In this document: piece after piece, positions 36,807-46,147 of the stretch
Layout of the letters: each line of letters starts with the position of its first letter
Position numbering within the stretch: position 1 is the first letter of the stretch
From: a virus
Virus record (IMG/VR): IMGVR_UViG_3300037851_000500
Span: 1-64,000 of that record
DNA: 64,000 nt
Strand: one strand, 5' to 3'
Notes under the pieces: generated by a model
The model's input: the letters and a program-made list of their open reading frames with translations, nothing else
Told to the model about the DNA's origin: nothing
Databases searched by the model: none
Program-made: the position numbers and the translations under genes

Positions 36807-39800
36807 TCATGTAGTTGTAAAATTAAACTTTTTATTTGTCACAACAAATTGGGGTTTCTCATATGTTTTAAAATCAAATTTCTTATTGGTGACAATAAAT
36901 GAATATTTTGGATGTGCTGAAATTAAAGTGGAATAAATAATCACATCCATTAAAGTAGTTTTTGCTACATCACCAGAAAGAATTAATGCGTCCACCCCAA
37001 TCTGTCTGTAGATAGTTTCATAAAAAATACTATCAAGAGTAATTTCATTTAAAGTATAATTATACAACCACCCATCAAATCCAATAAGTTTTTGTTGAGA
37101 AATCTTCGTAAGGAGGGCATCCAGCACAACCCACGGAACAGGAGAACCAATAAGAATAGCGTCAAGTTGTTGGTTGATTACAAAAAGACTTTGTAATTGC
37201 GCTTCCAACAATGTTGTATTCATTATACCATGCTTTACCACCATAGCGTCAAGGGAAAAATTACCAATTATTGTTTTTAATAAAACAGAATCAAAAGTTA
37301 CCTGTCTTAAATTAATAATAGATAAAACTGCATCCAGGGATAAAGAAAAAGAATTTATAGTATATAAAATAGAATCTAAAGATATTTCTTTAAACATTAT
37401 TTTATCCAATAAAGCACCCAAACTAATGTTTAAAACACCTTCAGGTAAATATAAAATAGCATCTAATGATGTATATTTAGATAATAACTGCATTAAAAAA
37501 GCATCAACCGATATAGTTTTAGATTGTATTAATTTTAATAATGCATCTAAAGAAATACCTAAAATATTACCAATAGAATTTAAAAGAGAATCCAAATTTA
37601 ATGATTGTAAAATTAATTTATTAATATTAGCATCTAATTGTGTAATAACTACATTATTTATTCTTGAAATAAAAGAATCAATATCAACAGAACTATAATT
37701 TAAAAACTGAAGAAGACCATCCATTCCTACAGATTTTAAAAGGATATTAAAAATAACAGCATCTATTCCAACATAAGAAAATTCAGAAATACTTAAAATA
37801 GAATCTAAAGAAGCCTGTAATAAATTTAACTTTTGGGTATAAGCATCAATAGAAATATTTTCAAACCCCAAAGAAACCAAAAGAGCATCAACAGATAAAT
37901 TTATAGGAATGTCAATAATAGAAAGGAAAGCATCAATAGATGCTAATCTTGTTAATCCTAAAGCATTTAATAAAGAATCAAAAGAAAAAAGAATATCATT
38001 ACCGCTACCCAAAATAGCATCTAAATAACTTAAATTTGTAGCTCCTATTTTATTTAATAAAGAATCAATAGAAATTTGTTCCATACCTATCTTTTTTAAA
38101 TAAGCATCTAAACTTGGTTCAATAGCACCTATTTTGTACAAAAAAGCATTTAAAGACAGCGTTTTAAACATATTAGAATTTTGAATAAATCCATCTATTG
38201 ATACAACCTTAACAAATTCTTTAAAAACAATAGAATCAAATGATACTTCTTTAGAAAGCAACTTATAAAGAAAAGCATCTATATTTGCGCTTCTTAATTG
38301 ATCTATTTTATTCAACAAAGAATCAATAGTAACCTGTAAATCTATAGATTCGTAAACAATAGAATCCAAATTTGAAATAATATTTATATCCTGCTTATTC
38401 AATAAAGCATCAACTAATGGTGATACTATAAATAATTTTTTAATAAAAGCATCAATAGATGATGATTTAGTTAATCCAGTTTTATTTAATAATGAGTCAA
38501 TGCTTATATCTTCAGTTAAATTTAATTTATTTAATAAACTATCAATGTTTATATCTTTTGTTTCTAATAACTGAATAAAAGCATCAATAGATGATGATTT
38601 AGTTAATCCAGTTTTATTTAATAATGAGTCAATGCTTATATTTTTAGATTCTAATAACTGAATAAAAGCATCAATAGATGATGATTTAGTTAATCCAGTT
38701 TTATTTAATAAAGAATCAATAGATATTAATTTTGTAAATCCAATCTTATTCAATAAAGAATCAAAGCTCATGGAAATAAAGTTTTGTAAATAAACCAAGG
38801 CATCAATGGGAATTTCTTTTGTTGATCCTATTTTATTCAATAAACTATCAATGCTTATATTTTTAGATTCTAATAATTGAATAAAAGCGTCAATAGAAGA
38901 TGATTGTGTAAGTCCTACTTTATTTAATAATGAATCAATTGTTGAAGAAACAGTTGATACTAATAATAACCAAGCATCAAATTCACTTGTTTTTATAATA
39001 CCTGATTTATTTAACAAGGAGTCAATATTTACTGCTCTTTCTGTTAAATAAATTAATATAGCATCTAAACTTGAATCTATTGTAAATCCAATTTTATTTA
39101 ATAAAGAATCTATTTCTACAGAAGAAATATTTAATTTTCGTAATAAAGAATTCAGGGAAACATTTTTCAATAAACCAACATTTGTTAAAAATGAATCCAA
39201 TGATGCCGTTTTTGTTAATCCCATTTTATTTAATAGTGAATCAATAGTAACTGATCTTTCTATTCCCAATTTATTTAATAAAGAATCTAAATTTTGAACT
39301 TTAGTTATATTATCTTTGTTCAATAAAGAATCTAAATTGATAGATTTAAAAACTAAAGATAAAAGAAAAGAATCTAATTGTGTATTTTTAAACTGTTCTT
39401 TTAACAAAAGTGAATCCAATGAAGATTGAACAGATTCTATTGCATAAATAAAAGAATCTAATTGTGCTGATTTAGTTGTTTCCTTTAATAATAAAGCGTC
39501 TGATTGTACTTGTTTTAAAACCGCTAAAACTTTATAGGCATCTAATGATGTTATTTTAGTAATATCTACTTTATTTAATAATGAATCCAGTTGACTCTGT
39601 AATAAATTTATTTTTTGAAGTAAAGAATCAATATCAACAGATGAAATTAACCCTAACTTATTAACTAATGAATCAATATTTACATTTTTTAAAGTAGCTA
39701 ATTTTTGTACTAAAGAATCAATAGACAAAGAATTATAAATTCCTATTTTATTTAATAAAGAATCAATCGGAACATTTAAATATTTAGAAATTTGCAAAAA

Positions 39801-40535
39801 ACTATCAATAGATATACTTGCAGAAAGGGTTTTCTGAACATATGCATCATAATTAAAACCTTGGGTTAATGCTTTTTGAACAAGAGAATCTAAACTGACT
39901 GTTTTAGTCAGCCCGACTTTATTAATAAGTGCATCAACCGATAATGTTTTTGTTAACCCGGTTTTATTTAATAAAGAATCTATTGATGCTGTTTTAGTAA
40001 GATCTGCTTTGTTTAACAGAGAATCAATAGATGATGTTTTAGTTAGCCCAGTTTTATTAAGAAAAGCATCCAGTGATGCTGTTTCATCAAGACCTATTTT
40101 ATTTAATAAAGAATCAATTAATGCTGTTTTTGTTAGTCCAGATTTATTTAATAAAGAATCAATAGATGCTGTTCTATTAAGACCAACAATATTGAGATAA
40201 GCATCTAATGAAACATTTTCGTCATATGTCGTAATAGAATTCCGTAAAACAACATCCTGAATGAATAGTGCAATTTGTGAATCAAGAGATAAAGTCTTTG
40301 AATCTATTTTTTGTAGATAAGAATCTAAATCTGAAGTTTTAGTTTGATTTAATTTATTTAAAAGAGAATCTAAATCTAAAGTTTTTGAATCTATTTTTTG
40401 TAAATAAGCATCTAAATCCGAATCTATTGTAACAGAAAAATTTTCAACATCATTTGCATCTTCAAGAAGATAATAATCTCCATTCTCTAATAAGAGACTT
40501 CCACTTAAATCTTCTTTATAGATATAATTAGCCAT
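36807..40535 (-). CDS. 1242-aa repeat protein (about 80 x 14-15 aa)
   Basis: Consensus S[IL]D[SA]LLNKxGLTKT; N-terminal LLLENGDYYLLED; C-terminal duplicated F[IV]VTNKKF[DN]F. Confidence 0.8.
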   Translation of the reverse strand: MANYIYKEDLSGSLLLENGDYYLLEDANDVENFSVTIDSDLDAYLQKIDSKTLDLDSLLNKLNQTKTSDLDSYLQKIDSKTLSLDSQIALFIQDVVLRNSITTYDENVSLDAYLNIVGLNRTASIDSLLNKSGLTKTALIDSLLNKIGLDETASLDAFLNKTGLTKTSSIDSLLNKADLTKTASIDSLLNKTGLTKTLSVDALINKVGLTKTVSLDSLVQKALTQGFNYDAYVQKTLSASISIDSFLQISKYLNVPIDSLLNKIGIYNSLSIDSLVQKLATLKNVNIDSLVNKLGLISSVDIDSLLQKINLLQSQLDSLLNKVDITKITSLDAYKVLAVLKQVQSDALLLKETTKSAQLDSFIYAIESVQSSLDSLLLKEQFKNTQLDSFLLSLVFKSINLDSLLNKDNITKVQNLDSLLNKLGIERSVTIDSLLNKMGLTKTASLDSFLTNVGLLKNVSLNSLLRKLNISSVEIDSLLNKIGFTIDSSLDAILIYLTERAVNIDSLLNKSGIIKTSEFDAWLLLVSTVSSTIDSLLNKVGLTQSSSIDAFIQLLESKNISIDSLLNKIGSTKEIPIDALVYLQNFISMSFDSLLNKIGFTKLISIDSLLNKTGLTKSSSIDAFIQLLESKNISIDSLLNKTGLTKSSSIDAFIQLLETKDINIDSLLNKLNLTEDISIDSLLNKTGLTKSSSIDAFIKKLFIVSPLVDALLNKQDINIISNLDSIVYESIDLQVTIDSLLNKIDQLRSANIDAFLYKLLSKEVSFDSIVFKEFVKVVSIDGFIQNSNMFKTLSLNAFLYKIGAIEPSLDAYLKKIGMEQISIDSLLNKIGATNLSYLDAILGSGNDILFSFDSLLNALGLTRLASIDAFLSIIDIPINLSVDALLVSLGFENISIDAYTQKLNLLQASLDSILSISEFSYVGIDAVIFNILLKSVGMDGLLQFLNYSSVDIDSFISRINNVVITQLDANINKLILQSLNLDSLLNSIGNILGISLDALLKLIQSKTISVDAFLMQLLSKYTSLDAILYLPEGVLNISLGALLDKIMFKEISLDSILYTINSFSLSLDAVLSIINLRQVTFDSVLLKTIIGNFSLDAMVVKHGIMNTTLLEAQLQSLFVINQQLDAILIGSPVPWVVLDALLTKISQQKLIGFDGWLYNYTLNEITLDSIFYETIYRQIGVDALILSGDVAKTTLMDVIIYSTLISAHPKYSFIVTNKKFDFKTYEKPQFVVTNKKFNFTTT
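38442..38711. repeat. Near-identical DNA direct repeats inside the repeat gene
   Basis: AATAAAAGCATCAATAGATGATGATTTAGTTAATCCAGTTTTATTTAATAA starts at 38442, 38574 and 38661. Confidence 0.85.
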
Positions 40536-40538
40536 TAG

Positions 40539-41312
40539 TTATCCCAAAAATTCAATCATATAAATTATTCCAATAGTACCATTTGCGCCGTTTCGGTTTG
40601 TCGTAGATGATGCATGACCACCGCCGCCGCCAGCGCCATAACCTGTTCCAACTGTTCCAGCAGTATTCAACGCTGGTTGCAATCCATTTTTACCAAGCAA
40701 CGAACAGCCTCCCGCCCCTCCCCATCCGGTAGTTCCACTATAAATTACCCCCGCTTCTCCGGGAGATCCTTTTATATTTAGATCGCCAAGAGTGCCTATT
40801 CCGCCAGATCCACCAACAACCCTATCACCAACCGCTACATAAGCAGTACCATCCGTACCTGCACCACCACCAGTTGCTTTCAAGATTTCAGACCCAATGG
40901 CACCTATATATGAATCCCCACCAGCGGTAGCATTTGCTCCTGTGCTGCCAGAACCAGCGCCACCAATAGTAAATGCTTTGCTTGATCCAATATTAGCAGC
41001 AGTAAATAATTTAATTGCCGCACCACCACCGCCCCCTCCACTGCCGGCTGAATCGGTATTAATTCCGCCACCACCACCACCCCCACCGGCAACAAGTATT
41101 GCAAGACATTTTTTCATACCTGTTGTTGGAGTATAAGTACCACTTGCAGTTAGAACTTGAACAACTACATTTGAAACAAAAAGTGTAAGTAAATTAGCAA
41201 TAGTTATTTTTTGCGACACCGCACTTCCACCAGGATTATCTATAATAGGCAAAATATCCGTAACCAACGGAGCTTCATTTAATGGTAATCTGGTAATTCT
41301 GCTTCCAGGCAT
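40539..41312 (-). CDS. Glycine-rich fibre/tip protein (paralog 2)
   Basis: N-terminal RITRLP...TDILPIIDNPGG...QKI; YTPTTGMKK; poly-Gly motifs. Confidence 0.7.
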   Translation of the reverse strand: MPGSRITRLPLNEAPLVTDILPIIDNPGGSAVSQKITIANLLTLFVSNVVVQVLTASGTYTPTTGMKKCLAILVAGGGGGGGGINTDSAGSGGGGGGAAIKLFTAANIGSSKAFTIGGAGSGSTGANATAGGDSYIGAIGSEILKATGGGAGTDGTAYVAVGDRVVGGSGGIGTLGDLNIKGSPGEAGVIYSGTTGWGGAGGCSLLGKNGLQPALNTAGTVGTGYGAGGGGGHASSTTNRNGANGTIGIIYMIEFLG

Positions 41313-41320
41313 TTTTTCAC

Positions 41321-42058
41321 CTACACATTTAAAAATTCAATAAAATAAGCTACTCCATTTGCACCAGCACCACCGGCTCTATCTGTTCCTTCAGAACAGG
41401 CCCCCCCGCCACCGCCACCGCCATATGGACCACCATCAGAACCAGCAGCATTTGGACCACCCCCGGCCCCGCCGCCCCCAAATACTGAGTTTCCACCATC
41501 GCCCCCAAGACTAGCAGAGGTTGAATAAATTATTCCGCGCCGTCCACCCTGACCAGGAACATTAATATCTCCACCTGAAGCAGCCCCGCCAGCCCCGCCA
41601 GCACCCAAAGTACCAAGAGTTGTGCTATCCGCGCTTGACGATCCACCAGAACCGGAGCCAGCAGACATTGAATTAACATTTAATGTCGTTGCATTCCCAG
41701 GAGTACCGACAACATAGGCTTTACTTGACCCAATTTCCGCTGCGGTACAAAGACGAATACAAGTTCCTCCACCACCACCTCCACCACCAGCGCAATCCAC
41801 ACCTGTTACCGATCCACCAGCACCGCCAGGACCAACTAAAATAACAAGTACTTTTTTCATCCCGGTTGTAGGTGTATAATTTCCAGATCCAGCCGTAAGT
41901 GTTTGGATGGTAACATTAGTAACAGCCATTGCCAAAAGAGATGAAATTTCCATTTTTTGTAAAACGGCTGTTCCCCCTGGATCATCTACAATAGGCAATA
42001 AATCTGTAGCCAATGGGGTAGTATTTGCATCAAGCCCAGTAATTTTTGAATCTGCCAT
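41321..42058 (-). CDS. Glycine-rich fibre/tip protein (paralog 1)
   Basis: MADSKITGL...TDLLPIVDDPGG...QKM; YTPTTGMKK; ends FIEFL like its neighbour. Confidence 0.7.
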   Translation of the reverse strand: MADSKITGLDANTTPLATDLLPIVDDPGGTAVLQKMEISSLLAMAVTNVTIQTLTAGSGNYTPTTGMKKVLVILVGPGGAGGSVTGVDCAGGGGGGGGTCIRLCTAAEIGSSKAYVVGTPGNATTLNVNSMSAGSGSGGSSSADSTTLGTLGAGGAGGAASGGDINVPGQGGRRGIIYSTSASLGGDGGNSVFGGGGAGGGPNAAGSDGGPYGGGGGGGACSEGTDRAGGAGANGVAYFIEFLNV

Positions 42059-43357
42059 CTATGCCTCCACTCTTAATTGCACAACACCTAAAGCCTCAAA
42101 TGGTACTGTATAAGTTATAAAACTTGCAGCTTCACAAGCTGTTTGATTTGCGCCAGTACGGTATTTTAAAGTAGCAGGTTTTCCGCCGGATGCATAAACA
42201 TCTAAAGCGGATTCAACCATTCCTGATTTTGTAATAAATGGTGAATTCATATATTCACCCGATAACAATTCAAGTCTTTCTGAATCCCCACTTCCAACAA
42301 CGGTTCCGGTTCCGGTCCAGGTTGAAAATGGTTCCGCGTTTTCTTCTGTTACTCCTGTAACATGACCAAAGCAAACGGTGCCTGTGATCCCGCTAACTGC
42401 TACATATTCAAACGCACCAATATCCCAACTCGCGCCATCGCCGCCTCGGTCGGTGCCGATGATGTCATCTTGGAATGGGTAGGTAGCGTCATTGTAAAGG
42501 TTTAAGCCAGATCCAACACATACTGAATCAGAATTTAAATTAAGATTTCCATTTTCATAATCTACAAAACATGCATCCCAATCTGCTGATTCTGTTCCTC
42601 CTGGTGATAAATCAACAGCATTTGTTCCATCAACATCATCGGATGCACAGTAATCTATCGTTATTGTCCCATAAAAATCATCTGTGTTATTACCAGATAT
42701 ACAATTCTTACAAACAAATGTTCCAACAGTTTGTCTATACCCAAATCTGACACCAAAAACTGTGCAATTGTAGACATATAGATCTGGAGTAGAAATTGAT
42801 CCAGTTCTAATACCAGCACTGTATGCTTTAGTTCCATTAGAGAAAAAAATACAATTTGTTATATAAACAGGAGTTGTTCCATAATCAGGACAAATACCAA
42901 CTGAATCATTACCAAGTTTAAATAAACATTTATCAATATATAAATATGAACAACCAGTTGTTGTTCTCAAAAAATAAATGGTGTCACCATATACCGCTTC
43001 GTGTTTTAAAGCTAGTCCCTGAATATATACATATGATTCTCTAACATTAAAAGCATTTGCAACATTAGACTCAAATCTATAAACATTCCCTGATGGATAG
43101 ACTATTCCATTATGACGATATGATTCCGTGGGATCAGTCCAAATTTTAATATATTGTGTTGCTGATGTTGTCCAACCATCTATAGTAAAATATGTTGTAT
43201 CTGCCGTTCCGCCAGTACAACGACATTTAGCAACAGCAATTTCATTCCGCGCTCCAGTTAAATCTCCTTGTTCACCGGCTTCCCAATCGTAGAGCGAGTC
43301 GTAGTTGTAGCCTGAGCCACTATCAGGGTCGATAACTTTGACGACTTCTGTTGCCAT
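42059..43357 (-). CDS. Pectin-lyase-like beta-helix virion protein
   Basis: YITNCIF, YVYNCTV, CKNCIS repeats; WDIGAFEY motif. Confidence 0.65.
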   Translation of the reverse strand: MATEVVKVIDPDSGSGYNYDSLYDWEAGEQGDLTGARNEIAVAKCRCTGGTADTTYFTIDGWTTSATQYIKIWTDPTESYRHNGIVYPSGNVYRFESNVANAFNVRESYVYIQGLALKHEAVYGDTIYFLRTTTGCSYLYIDKCLFKLGNDSVGICPDYGTTPVYITNCIFFSNGTKAYSAGIRTGSISTPDLYVYNCTVFGVRFGYRQTVGTFVCKNCISGNNTDDFYGTITIDYCASDDVDGTNAVDLSPGGTESADWDACFVDYENGNLNLNSDSVCVGSGLNLYNDATYPFQDDIIGTDRGGDGASWDIGAFEYVAVSGITGTVCFGHVTGVTEENAEPFSTWTGTGTVVGSGDSERLELLSGEYMNSPFITKSGMVESALDVYASGGKPATLKYRTGANQTACEAASFITYTVPFEALGVVQLRVEA

Positions 43358-43573
43358 TTAATTAATCCAATAGGTCCAAAATTGTTTTTCTTCTGGTCCA
43401 ACCCGTTCACCATTTGGTCCAAGCCAATCATGTTTTATTTGACCAATAACTTTATCAGATGTATTAGTAGTAAATGTTGTCAGTGGTGGTTCACAAATTC
43501 TATGTAAGATTTTTTTACAATTCGGAAACCTTTTAATAAAATTATCAAATTCTTCTTTTGAAACTTGTTTCAT
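43358..43573 (-). CDS. Hypothetical protein
   Basis: 71-aa ORF abutting both neighbours, GGAG RBS. Confidence 0.55.
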   Translation of the reverse strand: MKQVSKEEFDNFIKRFPNCKKILHRICEPPLTTFTTNTSDKVIGQIKHDWLGPNGERVGPEEKQFWTYWIN

Positions 43574-43574
43574 T

Positions 43575-44396
43575 TTAATTCTCCAAATGATTAATTAGTT
43601 TGCCAAGTAATTCAGTTTTGCTCATTGTGACAATCCCACCTTGAGATTCGATAACATCAACTTCAGTCGTGCTAATGCTATATTGATGACGCTTATAAAC
43701 GATTTGCATTTTATTTTTAACATCTTGCTTAAAACGTCTCAAAATATCAGGGCGTTCAATTTGAAAAGTAATTACATTTTCATTTTCATTTGTAATCGTT
43801 CCGCCGTTTGAAGTGATTTTGTTTTTTGCTTCTCTAATAAGACTTTCAGGCACAGTTATTCTAACCGTCCCTATCTCGGTCGCGCCTGAATAAGATACAA
43901 GTTCGAATGAAATTTGCGCCAACATTTCAGGTCCAACGTCCCAAAGGTTTGCCGACCGAATAGCATTCCACAAACTAAATGTAAAAGTAGCGTCTGTCTC
44001 AGACATACTAAAATTAGAACATCCCCACGCCTGGAGATAATTTCTTATTTTCATTGCCTTGACGCCCGCTATGCTATTTTGGTTAATAGCTCCAATATTC
44101 TTTTCAAAGACTCGAACATCATATTCACCTTGCGCGGGCCGAGATGCTACAATTTCATAATCCAAATCATCTTGCCACGGCTTTCGGTAATCAAACGCTT
44201 TGGCTTCAGCAAAATCAATTTCAGGGCATTTTATAACAATAAATTTTTGAGGATAACTTGATTCCGCCCACCCTGGCTTAGATGACCAGCCATCAGGCTT
44301 ATAGTTTATACAGTCTCCCTTTTTATGAACTCCGCGTCGGTCTTTTTCAAGATCAGAATTTACATAGTCGGATTTTTTATAAATAAATTCAGTCAT
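43575..44396 (-). CDS. Hypothetical (probable virion) protein
   Basis: 273-aa ORF with AAGGA RBS; GC-richer than its flanks. Confidence 0.6.
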   Translation of the reverse strand: MTEFIYKKSDYVNSDLEKDRRGVHKKGDCINYKPDGWSSKPGWAESSYPQKFIVIKCPEIDFAEAKAFDYRKPWQDDLDYEIVASRPAQGEYDVRVFEKNIGAINQNSIAGVKAMKIRNYLQAWGCSNFSMSETDATFTFSLWNAIRSANLWDVGPEMLAQISFELVSYSGATEIGTVRITVPESLIREAKNKITSNGGTITNENENVITFQIERPDILRRFKQDVKNKMQIVYKRHQYSISTTEVDVIESQGGIVTMSKTELLGKLINHLEN

Positions 44397-44410
44397 TACA
44401 TTGTCCTTTG

Positions 44411-44815
44411 TTAAAAATATAAATTTAAATCTTCAGAAAATGCATTCTTATATTCTGGATCACTCAACAAATTTTTAAGTGGAATAATTCTCCACAATTT
44501 AGGTTTTTTACCAGTAATTTGTAAATCAAATTCAATAGTATCAGCCCCACCCACATTATTAGTTGGTGTAATTTTTATTCTATATTTACCATTAGATAAT
44601 TTAAGAGGATATAAATTAAAATACAAATAACCATCATCTTCTGCCTGGGTTAAAACAGATTGATTATTAATATTAACAACAAAAATTTCACAGTATTTGG
44701 AATACCCCTTTATTACTGGGCCATTCTCCTGCAATAAAAGATATATACTTGAAGTAGCAAAACAAAAATTTACAGTGCTAAAAAATAAAAAAATTATAAA
44801 TATTATAATTTTCAT
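44411..44815 (-). CDS. Secreted Ig-like protein
   Basis: Signal peptide ending CFA; LSNGKYRIKIT..N..G beta pattern. Confidence 0.55.
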   Translation of the reverse strand: MKIIIFIIFLFFSTVNFCFATSSIYLLLQENGPVIKGYSKYCEIFVVNINNQSVLTQAEDDGYLYFNLYPLKLSNGKYRIKITPTNNVGGADTIEFDLQITGKKPKLWRIIPLKNLLSDPEYKNAFSEDLNLYF

Positions 44816-45219
44816 TCTGGATATATCCCTAACCCCGTCATTGATGCTGGTATTTCCCCAATATTACCATCGGCCCTTTTAATAAATATAACAACAGGTG
44901 TAGCCGGTGATAATTGTTCATTTCCATCAGATCCATAATTAATTGCATACCCAACAAAATAATAAGTTGTATTATCAATAAATATTCCAGTTAAAATCAA
45001 TTGACAATCATAAGTTACCCCCTCCACAACTACTAAAGTACAAGCAGATTTTAACATTTCCTGACTTTGGGGATATGTACCTTGTGTTGTTCCCCAAGAT
45101 ATTTTATATTTAAAAACAGAAGATGTTGCTGAATGATTCCAAATAGCCCTTACTGCGTGAGCAACACCAAATGAGTTTAAAAGTATTAAAAATAAAATAC
45201 TAAAAAATATTTTTTTCAT
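44812..45219 (-). CDS. Secreted fibronectin type III-like protein
   Basis: Signal peptide ending AHA; W...YKISWGTTQGTY...TTYYFVGYA. Confidence 0.65.
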   Translation of the reverse strand: MKKIFFSILFLILLNSFGVAHAVRAIWNHSATSSVFKYKISWGTTQGTYPQSQEMLKSACTLVVVEGVTYDCQLILTGIFIDNTTYYFVGYAINYGSDGNEQLSPATPVVIFIKRADGNIGEIPASMTGLGIYPE

Positions 45220-45249
45220 GTTTATAAATCCTTTAATTATTATAATAAA

Positions 45250-45278
45250 ATTATACTATAAACTAAGATACAAATCAA
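45250..45278 (-). promoter_or_regulatory. Sigma70-type promoter for the two secreted proteins
   Basis: Minus strand TTGATT (45278-45273), 17 bp, TATAAT (45255-45250). Confidence 0.6.
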
Positions 45279-45286
45279 TAAACATT

Positions 45287-46147
45287 TTAATAAGATAAAA
45301 CAGAAGAAATCACATTCTTAGGAGGAATAAGGTTATAACAAAAAGGCCCAAATTCCGTTAAATTTTCACACTCATTTAATTGAGTTTTCCAACACCCAGA
45401 CCTATCACAACAAGGTAATTTTCCTATTGTATGCAAAAACGACTGATCTGGATATTTTTCCCATATATAATTTTCTCTGCCTCCACCTATAACTATACAT
45501 GGTTTATGAAAAGCAGCAGCTATATGCATTGGAAAAGATACATGACAAATTACACCAATAGAATGATAAATTAAAGAAAAATAATCTCTAATATTATCTG
45601 TTTTACCAATTAAATTTTTAACTGATTTTAAGGGAGGATGATTATGATGAGAATGACCAGTTTGAACTATATTAAAAGCATTAAAAATATTTAATTCATT
45701 TACTATTTGCTGCCAATAAATTGCAGGGTATTGCTTTAAAGGCATATCATTTTTAAATCCAGCATTTATTACACAATAAGGTTTATTAATACCGAGTCTA
45801 TTTAAAATTTCTAAACTTTTTTCTTTTTCAGTTAAAAATATTTCTGGGTATATTGATGTTCTTTCTATTTTTACATTTAAATATTTTTCCAATAAAATAT
45901 AATATGATTCAGAATAATGATAATTTTTATTATGATTCTCATATTTCCATTCAAAAGGATTTAATTCTATAATAAGATCACATTTATAATTACTAATATT
46001 TGGATTATTATAAAATATTTCAGGATAACAACTTTGAACAGATATTTGAAACTCAAAAGGATAACTTAAATGCAGATCTCTTAAAGCAGAGGTAAATACT
46101 AAACAATCTCCTGGGGCATAGAAGTTCTTAAATGTAATACATTTCAT
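45287..46147 (-). CDS. GT9-like glycosyltransferase
   Basis: APGDCL..TSALRDL, EIFYNNPNI, NLIGKT, FPMHIAAAFHKPCIVI, Cys-rich end. Confidence 0.75.
   Translation of the reverse strand: MKCITFKNFYAPGDCLVFTSALRDLHLSYPFEFQISVQSCYPEIFYNNPNISNYKCDLIIELNPFEWKYENHNKNYHYSESYYILLEKYLNVKIERTSIYPEIFLTEKEKSLEILNRLGINKPYCVINAGFKNDMPLKQYPAIYWQQIVNELNIFNAFNIVQTGHSHHNHPPLKSVKNLIGKTDNIRDYFSLIYHSIGVICHVSFPMHIAAAFHKPCIVIGGGRENYIWEKYPDQSFLHTIGKLPCCDRSGCWKTQLNECENLTEFGPFCYNLIPPKNVISSVLSY

Noticed and set aside
36807-40535. CRISPR array, or Bacteroidota D-[ST]-x O-glycosylation sequon array
   Set aside because: Repeats are degenerate, in frame and coding; many units have DA instead of DS, which favours a structural role.
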